NCBI RefSeq assembly: GCF_000181795.1
Contig: NW_003526943.1
Span: 4,775,710 to 4,815,326 of the forward strand
DNA from: Trichinella spiralis
Lineage: Eukaryota
Length of the DNA stretch: 39,617 nucleotides
Direction: 5' to 3'
Shown here: piece after piece, positions 22,801 through 34,113 of the stretch
Numbering within the stretch: the first letter of the stretch is position 1
Layout of the letters: each line of letters starts with the position of its first letter
Notes under the pieces: generated by a model
What the model was told of the DNA's origin: nothing
The model's database searches: none
What the model saw: the letters and a program-made list of their open reading frames with translations, nothing else
Program-made: the position numbers and the translations under genes

Positions 22801-24900
22801 ATGTCTAAAGTAATTACGGGTGGCTTGCACAGTAAAAACGGCGGTTGCATTGACTGGGGATGGCACGGTTTTGTTGCATACGGTTGCCATTCGTTTGTGG
22901 TTGTTATTCATGCGAAAAGCATGACTGCTGTTCAAACACTACCTGGTCATGTTGGAAAAGTAATAAAAGTGAGTCAACAATTATCAATTTCTCAGCATTA
23001 ATGTTGCACTTTTGCTGTATGACAGCAGAGTAGCAGATGTTGTTTTGCAACGCTTTTTAACTACCGTAGAATAGTTTCGGTTTAGTTTATTGTTCCATTT
23101 GAGTGACTAATTTTGTATTTGCATTTTTTGAGTGAACATTATGTTTATAGAAGAATTTAAATATGAGCACTGGCGAAATATAGCTTGTATGTTAGCTGCA
23201 GTATATGTTGGTGATTGTTTAATAAATTCAACTTTCAACTGTGTATAGTTGGATGAGAGAGTTTTGAAATTTGAAAATTTTTTGAGTTGTGTAATTTCAA
23301 TTTATTATTTGCTATGATATGTTGGGAAATTTTTGTTCTACCTTGCATATTATTTTTCAGTTATTTGTTTTCACACCTGTATTTTACAGTTTACTGGTGT
23401 TGTACATAATAATAAGTTCAGGTTCGATGGTCGAGAGCGGATTCACTTCGACATGCGACTGACTTGCACGACTGGTATTTGCGATTAGCATCAGCTGATT
23501 CTCTGGGCCGAATCATTGTCTGGAATGTATTGCAAGCGCAAGTGCGTTGTGAATTTGGTGAAAGCAACGCTGCTGCTGTGGTCGACATGCAGTGGCTGTG
23601 TTGTCAAGATACGTCGCCGGATTTGTTGCTCGCACTGCATGGGCCGGCGACGTTGATCCTCTGGAACGGCGACCAAGGAACCCAACTTTGGCGAGTAGTA
23701 TACACGGACGTGTTTATTGGCTTTTCGATGGATCCGTTTCAGTTGAGCAGGATAGCATTTTTGAATGCGGTCGGCAATTTGCTTTTGATTGAAGATTTTT
23801 CCACATCTACGGCACCGTCAGGACAGACAACCAAGCAGTATCGTCTTACTCAGGCGAACGAATCTTCAACGGTTAATATGCCAGAGTCGGTTGTTGATTT
23901 TCATTCGAAAAGATCAGCAATGTCGTTGTCTATAAAAAATCAGCTAGTCAAAGCACTGGGTAGCAGTGGTGTTGGTGTTTCAATTGGTAATAACGCTAAG
24001 ATAAATAATAACAGCAGTGATAATACGAATCATAATAATAATAATAGCAATAGTAGTAGCAGTAGTAATAGCAGTAATAATAATAATAACAGTATGGTCG
24101 AATGGGCATCAATGATGAACAGTGACGAAGTGACGACATCTTGCCAACAGGAAATTTGCTGTCGACAGCTTGTCTACCAGCCGTCTAGGCGTGGTCATCT
24201 GTTTTTAGTTTATTCGCGGGAGATTGTGCTGGTCAACGTGGATCGAATGTTGCCGGTCCTCCATTTGACGTTCGACCGCAGTGCATCTGCAATTTTGTCC
24301 ATCTTGCCGTGTCGACAACGAGACGCGTTTTACATGTGCCAAGAGAACGGAGGGTTGTCGTTGCGAGCCTGTCGTTACAGTGGTGCCGGCGCCACCGAAT
24401 TCGGCAAGCCGGTGACCATGTCCTACGAGACGGTTTGCTGTTTGGAAAATCAACAACGAAATTTGGTCAAAAGTTGGTTTCCGGTCGGGATCTGCTTGGC
24501 TCCGGATTGCGAACTTCGTCTGGCGGCCGTGACGGGCAACGGTCGACTGTGCCGCTACGACGTCGAGCCAATTGTCGAGCCCGAACCAACAAGCCCGGCT
24601 GGGTCGACTTGGTACACGTTGAGCCAGCTGGCCAGTCAGTGGAACCAGTGGGCGTGGCCGACACGTCTGACCCAGGCTTGCGTTCGTTATTCGTTGGGCG
24701 GTTCGCCGACCATTGTGCGTTCTTGTCCGAGCCGTGGTCGAAACGGCGAACAGTTGATTCTGATCGGCAATCAGGATGGCGTTGTGCAGCTCGTGGACGC
24801 GGACCGTGGCGAATTGGAACGAGACTTCGGTCTCCATTCGTGTCCAGTGGTCTGCTTGGAATGGGTGGGTGTGGAACATTTCGTCAGCTGTGCTTGTTTG
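22801..24900 (+). CDS. WDR11: WD repeat protein 11, 5' part; exons 22801-22968 and 23422-24900 (truncated by the gap)
   Basis: DWGWHGFVAYGCHSFVVVI...VIK|VRWSR...LRLASADSLGRIIVWNV and DLLLALHGP..LILWN match the WDR11 N-terminus. The intron is GT-AG phase 0. Confidence 0.92.
23990..24092 (+). repeat. AAT/AGT/AGC coding microsatellite (Asn/Ser tract) within WDR11
   Basis: Encodes NNAKINNNSSDNTNHNNNNSNSSSSSNSSNNNNNS in frame. Confidence 0.85.
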
Positions 24901-26299
24901 NNNNNNNNNNNNNNNNNNNNNNNNNNNNNNNNNNNNNNNNNNNNNNNNNNNNNNNNNNNNNNNNNNNNNNNNNNNNNNNNNNNNNNNNNNNNNNNNNNNN
25001 NNNNNNNNNNNNNNNNNNNNNNNNNNNNNNNNNNNNNNNNNNNNNNNNNNNNNNNNNNNNNNNNNNNNNNNNNNNNNNNNNNNNNNNNNNNNNNNNNNNN
25101 NNNNNNNNNNNNNNNNNNNNNNNNNNNNNNNNNNNNNNNNNNNNNNNNNNNNNNNNNNNNNNNNNNNNNNNNNNNNNNNNNNNNNNNNNNNNNAAATATT
25201 ATGTTTTTTTCACAAACGTAATTTCAAAGTTGAATTACAAACAATATCATAAAATGGCTGAATTTATCAGTCCTTTATTGCAACAAAGGTAAATAAATTT
25301 CATACAACAAACTGTTGTATTAAATTTTTGTTATGGAAATCACATGGATTTCCTTTAACTGAAGTGTTGTGCCATCAATATGTATGCAAAAGTATGCAAA
25401 AGGTGGGAAGCTAAAATCTTATTAAGGAAAGTTTGAATTAAAATTTAAACACCTATAAACTAGCTTTGTAATTGCCATTTTTAGGTTGCTTATTACAATT
25501 TTATTCATAGTATAGTAAACTATTTTCATGTTCATGTAATGTATGACACTGTTGCATATTTGTGACACCAGTTTTTTTTGTCGTCGCAATGTTGTGGCTA
25601 ATCTTTTCTGAACACTTTACAATTTCTTGATCTACATCAGTAAGGTAGTTAAAAACCATTGTGGCATCTCTGATATTCAACTGCCAGGCACAATTCATGG
25701 TAGTTTGTGAGTTGAATCATTCCAACATTTTCTTGACGTCTCATGCTATCACGGTCAGCTGAGCAGATGGTATTCTTTGCATCAATTTTCTGTAGGGCTT
25801 CACACTTGCGGATATGAAGTGAATGCTTCCCTCAGCTGGAATATGCTACCTCATCATCTGGCATTGCAATCGACCAGTGTGTTTTCGATGTAAAGTAGCC
25901 GGCATGGTCTAGCTGCTCATTAAGCAGTTAGTAGTTACGTTTGTCTTTGCTTTCGTTCTGTTGCATTTTACATTACCGCTTTAGTAAATCGACTGCTTAT
26001 AGTGTCTTCTGAGACTGCTTTCTTTATATTTTAGATAAATATAAGGATCTTGGCTAATGCCGTTGTTTGTTTGTTGCTTCTCATGTTCATTTTTATGTAT
26101 CTTCGATATGTCAATGGATACATCTATGTTCTCCACTTTCATTATGAATCTCGCATCTGTTCTTCAAGCAGGTATTAGGGCCTGCCTCACTGTTGGCGTT
26201 GTTGGGGAGATTTCAGTTTTTTTAGTCTAAGTGTTAGCCAGTACCTTCATAATAGTTTAAATAAGTGATTTTAAACTTTTCTGAACTGCGGACTAATGT

Positions 26300-27200
26300 C
26301 GAAAACGGTAATTTTTTACGACCCACCTGCTTGCAATGCATATTTTAGAAGGAAAGTGGGTTAAATGAAAAATATTAGTTTAGCACTTTTCAATTTTTTA
26401 ATTGACATACCTTATTATAATGTATAAGTTTATTAGCGTAATGCACCATGAAGTAAGTGTGTGCGAATAATGGGCTTCTCTTTTGTTTTCATTGATGACG
26501 TCTTTGACGTTCTCACTAACACTTTTGGGATTTAGACGCACGATGTTGGATGATTGTAGCTTATCTCGAAATTTGCTTTGAATGCCAATCATTGCTGAAA
26601 ATTCCGTTTCGTACATGTACTTAGTAGTAAAAGGAAGTAGCACTTTTAATGCTGCGGTGGAAACAGTCAAAAAATGTGTTTTAAGCTGATAGCGAAAACT
26701 GAGTTAATTCATCTTTTACTATCAAAACTCATTTTAAACGAAGAATTTTCAGACAGATTGATTAACTATTTGTCCGCCTTTGTGAATATGCTAGTATCCA
26801 TAGCATCGGCATGTGTGATTTTTGGCAGAAGGAGTAATCTCACCCTCGAATCCAGGGCTGTGCAGTGCGTTGGTTTAAAGATACAGTAACAGCACTGCTG
26901 TCATTCCACTGGCACACAAACACTTCACCATCACATCTATTGCCGAAAAAGTCTCCGCTTTTATAACAACTAGTTCATTCATCAGGAGTGGGACAGATTT
27001 TGTTCTTGCTCTGCGAATAGTTCGCGCTGCTTTAATGATTTTGGTTGCTAATGATTTTGGAGCTTCTATTGATATTAAAAAGTTGTTAAAATGTGTTTGT
27101 TTGTTTACTGCACTGGTTATATTTGAAATCATTCTCATGGTTGTTCTGATGAGATGTGACTCTTCATTCTTCTTGTTGTCTTCTATGCTTATTACACTTC
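26300..27200 (-). mobile_element. Decayed hAT (Buster/Charlie-like) DNA transposon
   Basis: ALKVLLPFTTKYMYETEFSAMIGIQSKFRDKL...EAHYSH matches the Buster/ZBED5-type C-terminal dimerisation region (ALK.LLPF.TTYLCE.GFS....K.K.RN.L...QAH.SH). Upstream LINLSENSSFKMSFD also fits. Boundaries are approximate. Confidence 0.8.
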
Positions 27201-27259
27201 CATAATGTATGGATATCTATTTGATGATGAAAGTACATATACTTTGTGGCCAAATCAGA

Positions 27260-27480
27260 TATGCTTGACTTGCAACGCGACAGATAGTAGATGAGAAGTA
27301 CATGGAAGTCACCGAACTTAGACAAAAGGCGTGCATATCAAAAGAACATGTGCTGGTATAATTCTCTGATGGACTGGAAGTAAACTCGGCATTCAACGCG
27401 GTGCGCATGGTCAATCCGCAGACCTTGGAAGAGGTGCGTTAAATTGCTTAACGAGTGGTACGTATCGTTAATGCAGCGCG
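27260..27480 (+). mobile_element. Probable Gypsy-type gag remnant
   Basis: Reads EVTELRQKACISKEHVLV*FSDGLEVNSAFNAVRMVNPQTLEEVR*IA*RV, resembling the retrotransposon gag F..GL....P.TLEEA motif, with in-frame stops. Confidence 0.45.
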
Positions 27481-28463
27481 AGCATGCGAATCTTGCGAGA
27501 ATAGCGGTGCACTGCTGCAAGAAATATACCGCCAAATAAATGCATTAAGTGTAAAATTAGATAAATTTCACGAACCTTCTACGAGTTCATTTTAAATACA
27601 TAAGCAACTGAGTTGAAGCTTCTTAATTTCAACAAAACTGAATGACAGCAATATTGCTTTGTGTTTGAATGCAGTGAATTCTCCCTAATTGACTTTTACG
27701 TAATTATGTTTGCGGCAAAACTTAATTAACAAATTGAGAATATGTAGTTGAAAAAATTAATTTTTATTAAAATTTTTAAGTAAAATTTTTAGAAAACATT
27801 CACTTATCAAAATTTCAATGGAAAGAATTTTGAAAAGAATGTATAAATAAAAATATTTCGAGTTGTTAAGTAATATTTGAAATAATTATACAAAAAATTT
27901 CTAATTTCATAGAATTGTAACAAGAATCGTTAATTAACTTGAATTGTAATGGACGTGATAAAAGAATTTTTGAGAGTATTTTTTCCATTTGCTCCTTAGT
28001 TGAAGTATATACTTATCTCGTACAAGCTTGTTGCAGATCAAACTACAAATATCTGAAATTGTGGACACAATTTACTGCAGCTACAAAATTCCCAGCAATT
28101 TTCCTGAACGACTCGCCGCTGTCCACCCGTTTACACACTTCCAGTTTTGCCGTAAACTCAAAACCTTTCTGTTTCTAGTCGTTGACATACCGGGCAAAAA
28201 ATTCGAAAACAGCAGAATGTAAGAATAATAGTAAAACGCAGCTTGAATTTAGTATTCATTAACAATGCATTTTAAACAGGCGGCCAAAATGACTTCGGAT
28301 AATCAGTGATCGAAACATCAAAGTTCCACTCTATTGTTTACGTAATAAGTTGAGGAAGTATTCGCTGTGATCAAAATATTCATGAATAAAATTGAAATTA
28401 TACAAATTTGAAAGTTCAATTCAGTGGCATTTAATTGAGCAAAATATTTTGAAAATAATAACT

Positions 28464-31400
28464 TTATTGTTGGATGTAGTGAACAATTTTCGCGTTGATA
28501 TAATCTATCGCGTAAATATGATTTTTTGCGACGGTCATATCTGACCAAAGAAACTGCTGATCAGCGTTGAGAGTCTTCAAGAACTGACCATCCTTTGTGA
28601 ATACATCCACTGAGCTGGAACCTCGTTTTGCAGCAAACACGTTGTCGCTTGCATCTACACCAATTCCCAGCCCGTAAACGGAGTTTTCCGTTGGTTGAAT
28701 TGCAGTGACGTTTCCATTTTGCACGTCAAGCAAGTAAACAGCATCGTCGCAGCTAATATGGAGTAAATTTTCAATGCACAACAAATATCTACAGTCCAAT
28801 TTTGAGGGTTGATTTTTATAAAAACTAATCGTTCCTAAATTGTTGAGGAAGGAGTCGAGCAAATGTATATACGGGCCTCCTTCAACTAGTACATAAATGC
28901 GGTCGTCCATGCAGACCGAAACACCTCTGGTTGCTCCATGGACGTGCCGTTCAGCTAAACGTTCTCCGGTTGATCTCATTTTGATAACTTTTTCATGCTT
29001 TGCATCTACACTGACAATATCTCCGTTGGACATGATGTCCAAATCAAATAATGTACAACCATCACAATTCAGTACTGTCAATTTTTTCAAAGTTTCTGGT
29101 TCAAGCAGTACAATCTGACCAAAGGTGTACGAACACACGGCCAAAATGTGATTGCGTAATGTCATCCCGGACGCTTTGCCGAAATGGTCTAATTCCAATT
29201 CATTTATCATAACTAGTTGCACCGATTCTTGGTCTTCAATTACAATCGTCGGTTTTACGTGCAACGTGAATCGGGATTTTCCTGGATCGACGGCCACAGC
29301 CCCACTCCGACCCGAGGTAATGAAGCCAATCGCTTTTGATTGCACGCTTTCTGTCCACGGGGATTGTTCAGTCCAAGATTCGAAGTTGAAAGTTCTCGGT
29401 GTGATTAGCACATCTTCAGCGCTGTCGCTTTCAGGTGGTTCTTCAACCGTGCTTTCTCGAATTGGTGGAGGTGGTTCACTCCAGATGACCGTTGTATTCA
29501 GCATTCTACTTGAATTGTTTTCTGCTTCTGTTGTCGGCAGAGATGACTGATGTTCCAGATGTCGGCTTGTTGTCGCTCTTGATGAAAAAGCTAAAACTGC
29601 TTCTAATTATATTAATTGTATAAATTAAAACTTTTACTACTTGTATTACTACTTTGTGTTGTTTTTATGGCAATTTTTGCATCAAAAAGTTTTGAGAATT
29701 GTAAATTGAAGATTTTTAAATTTTGTATTTTTGAATTGTAGTAACTAGGAACATTAACCACTTTATGTGTAATAGTTATAATTAGTTACAGCATTATTAT
29801 GGTCATAATATTATTGCATATATTCATGGTAATTGATGATAAGTGAAAAATAGAATTTATACATTTTAATTCAAATTTTTTGTACCAAATTATAACTAAA
29901 ATTCAGATTGTTTCCAGCTGAATCATAGTATTTATTTGCTTGCATATGAAATGTTTTAGATCATTTTCTAAGATGTTTTCATTTTTACAAGGATTTGCAC
30001 TTGTATACAGCAGTAGCATATTTCAAAAATTATTTAAAAGCATAAAATTCAGTATTGATGATCATGTGACAAGCGTTTATTTGATTGCACGTTTTGTTGT
30101 CAATAAGATCAACCAACAATATAAATTTCTTCTGAAAAAATAGTTTTACAACGTATTGGTGGTGATATATCTATCATAAATTGCAAACTTCCAGCAGCAT
30201 AAATCGTGTGCAAGCAAGCTAAAGTAAGCATAAGTAAAAATAACTTTTCATGATCTCCACGATGACGTAATACAGTTGTAAATTATGATATTTTGTTTTT
30301 AGAAAAAGAAAATATTAACAGTTTAAATAAAGAGGAATAAGAATAGCTGCATTTCACAACAGATGCGCATTGTGTGAATTTCTTAAGATGCGGTCATTAG
30401 ATGCCTGTTTGACGCATTCCATGTTAGTACAAGGTCAACAGATGACAATAAATATCGGTAACTTGTTCATAACAGTAAACAACAATACATCTTGGATGAA
30501 AGGTTGAAAAGGATATTGTTTGAATTGATTTGATTAATTCGCATTTACTAAAAATAACTTGCTATTTTTATCGTTTATTTTCTTTTATACGTTCCAGGCT
30601 CTGATTGCCCATTTCCACTGTCCAGTATTTAATCAATTTACTTCTCATTTTCCCTTCAACTGGTAACTAGTGCACAATTGAAATACGTTGGAATAGAAAA
30701 AACGAACCAAAGAATGCTAATCGTCAAGCAGCTGTTGAGAAAAATGTTTCATTCAATCAAAAAAGCAAGCAAACAAACATGCAAAAAAACAACATTTTTT
30801 CCTGTCAAAACTTTGATTTTAAATTTCTAATCACAATGAAATATATTGAAATGAATACTATTTTCATTAAACAGTCAAGCATCTTAGTAATTATACCAAA
30901 AAAATAAATAAATGCATAACACAATCAAAGATCTATTTTAAAAATGAATAGAATATAATATTGTTGATAATGATCGATGATTGAAAAGAAAATAATTTAA
31001 CCGTGTTATGTTAATTTTCACTGTCAACAAAACAAACACTTTTTAGCTTAATGAAGCACAACAGTGCAATCTGCAATGCTGTTCTAACGTGAAAAAGGGT
31101 ATAATTATGACGCTAATATTTTCATAAGCATAATAATTTTTTTTGTAATGAAATTGAGAAATAGTAAAATAAAAAAAATTTTAAGCACAATCACGATAGT
31201 GCAATTTGGAATTTAAATTTGAAATAGCTTAACTATTTTGCAATCACTATGTTGAAAATTATTGAAATTTTATCATTGCCGATTGAAGTCAATTACAGTT
31301 TTTAAAAAAATATTTTTAGTTCAACGAAAAAGACTGATTGTCAAAATGTTCCCTATAAGGAATAATTGAAAATTTATCCAATAAATTTGTATTGAAATAT

Positions 31401-32078
31401 TTGAAATATGAATTGAATAGATGATAATGAAGATTTTTTGTCGTTGCTTAAAATAAGCATAATTTTTGATAATAAAATGAAAATTCGAGCAAATAGATTT
31501 GAGTGTGTTTTCAATTGAAATTATCAAAAGGCAAGAATTATTGTCTAAGTATGAAACAATTGCTTGATTGTATATTGATAATTTTCAAGTTGTTGCAGGT
31601 CATTTCTGAAGTATATGTTGAACATCTTGTTGTTTGTCATGAAAGCGACAGCCGCTTCTCAATGATTCCGACACAAGGAGGTCGACTTCAAACGACCGTT
31701 AAACGGTTTTCATATGTTCTGTCAAACTTTCACCGTCTAATGAACTAGTCTCAGACAGACGAAACATGTAAGATCTATTTTCATAATATGCAAATATACA
31801 CATATAGATATGCATATATGAATTATCTGGATAGAAGTCATCTTCTCAGTAATTTGAATAATAAATATTTTAAATTAAAGTAGAAAAACGAATAAAATAA
31901 CCAACAAATTATAAATCTTACTTGTGCTTGTAGTGGGCATTATTGTTGTTTCAAGTGTTGCAGTTTGGGGAGAAATTTTCGTTTTGGTGGGTAAAAGGGC
32001 GAAAAACAAGCCAATGCCGATCAGGCTAACAATGCCAATCGAGGCGACAGTGATCAAAGCCACAGGTAAAGCTTTCAT
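28464..32078 (-). CDS. Signal-anchored protein with Ser/Thr-rich stalk and NHL-like beta-propeller; exons 32078-31922 and 29590-28464 (~427 aa)
   Basis: Exon 1 has a hydrophobic stretch (ALPVALITVASIGIVSLIGIGLFFALL) and ends at a phase-1 a|gtaaga donor, compatible with the phase-1 ttttag acceptor at 29590. The C-terminal half has repeats like GVSVCMDDRIYV and GIGVDASDNVFAA...VDVFTKDGQFLKTL, typical of NHL blades. The exon linkage is inferred. Confidence 0.72.
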
Positions 32079-34113
32079 ATCTTCGCATCTAGAAACGCTG
32101 GCAACGACAATGCAGAATATTTGCCAACGTCAAGAGCGGAGATTCAAGCAGCTCATCTTGCTTGTGGAATATTTTTGATACTGCTGGCGTTGGTTGGAAA
32201 CTTCTCACTAGATGTCACAGCAAAAGAAGTATTTTGACAACGGCAAGGTCGACGAAACTTGCCAGCCGTAACAAACCTACAACGAACGGCTTCTTCAACA
32301 GGCAGACGACTGACAGACTGCTTGTCACGCTCTGTTGAAAACTTGCCCACCAAAAGTTTCCACCAAAACAATGCAAAATCCGTACCAACTAGCTTTTGTT
32401 GATTTAAAAAAACTGTAATTTTAAAATTGCTATTTGATTTAATTTCTCAAAAAAAAAACATTCATTCCATCAGCAGAGTGCATTGTATACATTCTTGTAG
32501 GCAATTTTGATCCTGTGCAAAGGTTTCCACTTTCAACAAAGCAAGTAGTTCAAAAGTGAATGCAGTGCACTATATTTCCATCAGCACGTTGCAGATAAAA
32601 AAATAATAAGAATAAGCTTAATACGAACAAGCATTGATTTTTATCGTTTTTCACCAATTGATCACACAGTTCAAATAAATAAATCTACACAAATAAACAT
32701 TTCTGCAATTTTATTTTTTAAATTTAATTGTTTCTTCAATTGTCAACTGATTAGCATGATTTGTTGTAGCATCAATTTTTCTCAACATTCTCATCATTGA
32801 CGTTATGAATATATGAAAAAATAAAAATAAGCAGCAATTGTTGTGCTTGTAAGAAAAAGAAACAAATAGCTTTATCCATTCCTGTAATATCTTTTATTTG
32901 TCATCACTTATCAATGGAAAATTTTCAATTGTTCTTTTTTTTAAATTTTATAAATTACACGGTGTAAAAAATGCCACTTTTTAATTTTTTATTTTTGCAA
33001 CATAATTTGAATTTCACAAACATTGAAACCTGAGTCTAAATAGTCCATTTTCAATTTTTCATTTTAATTTTTTCGACATTTCAACAACAGGATTTTCATT
33101 TGTAAAATATTTCAAAAAAATGTAACAGAAAATATAAACTATGTAATAATAAGAGGAAAAATAATTTCACAAATATTGCTTTCAACATCTGAATGATTAA
33201 AATGGAATGAAGAAACATTTCATTGATCATAACTTTCATAAGATGATTTAAAAGATAGCATATCATTGCAATTTCAGCAAGCACGTAAGAAATTAGAATA
33301 AGAAATTCACATATATGTATTTGCATAAAAGTATTTCTTTAGTTAACTTTAGCTGTCATTGCAGTTTAAATGAATTGTTTTATTCTTTACAGCCATTGTA
33401 TGCAAAATATGGATAACTTTTACATCGACAAAAATTGAATCTTCCCAAAGTGAATTCAATGAAATTGTGATCAATTTTTCTTTTAAAATTGAAATCAGTA
33501 AATCAGCACTGTCATTTAGTTGTACTCTTTATTCAAATTAAAAAATACTTTTGCAATATCTTCCATCATTTTATGCATTTAACAAAATTTCCAACCGAAA
33601 TATTGAAATACAAAATATATAGTATGGTATTACTTAATTTTCTTCTTACCAAACTGTGTATTTTTTATCAATTATTAGTCATAATGCCGATATCGCTCAG
33701 TGATGTAATTTTTATAATTTTCTAATTATATCAGAAAAATATTTTTATTTTCTAATGTAAATGTTTCCAAAAAGACTTCGTTATTTATTGAAATTAAGAA
33801 AGAACTTTATTATCGTTATTATCTGTATTTGAAAAGTAGTATGCAACGCCCTGATTGGTTTAAATTTCTTGTTCTGTCGAGATAATTTTATTTTTTCAGA
33901 AAACAATGAATAAACATCGTGCATTTTTATTGATTGAAAATTCTAGTATCTTTAAATGTTTGAAAAACAAAATTTTTTTCCATTTTGCTATTCTGTGTGA
34001 AATCAACAATGCTTAGAGTGATTGATTTCGACTTTTCTTGCAAAAAGCTGCAAATTCGTCTCAAAATCCGTTGATGTAACTGTTTGATAATTTGAATTTT
34101 ATTTGAAGGAATC

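Noticed and set aside
24205..25292. Long alternative-frame and antisense ORFs over WDR11
   Set aside because: Shadow ORFs of a GC-rich exon, extended through Ns.
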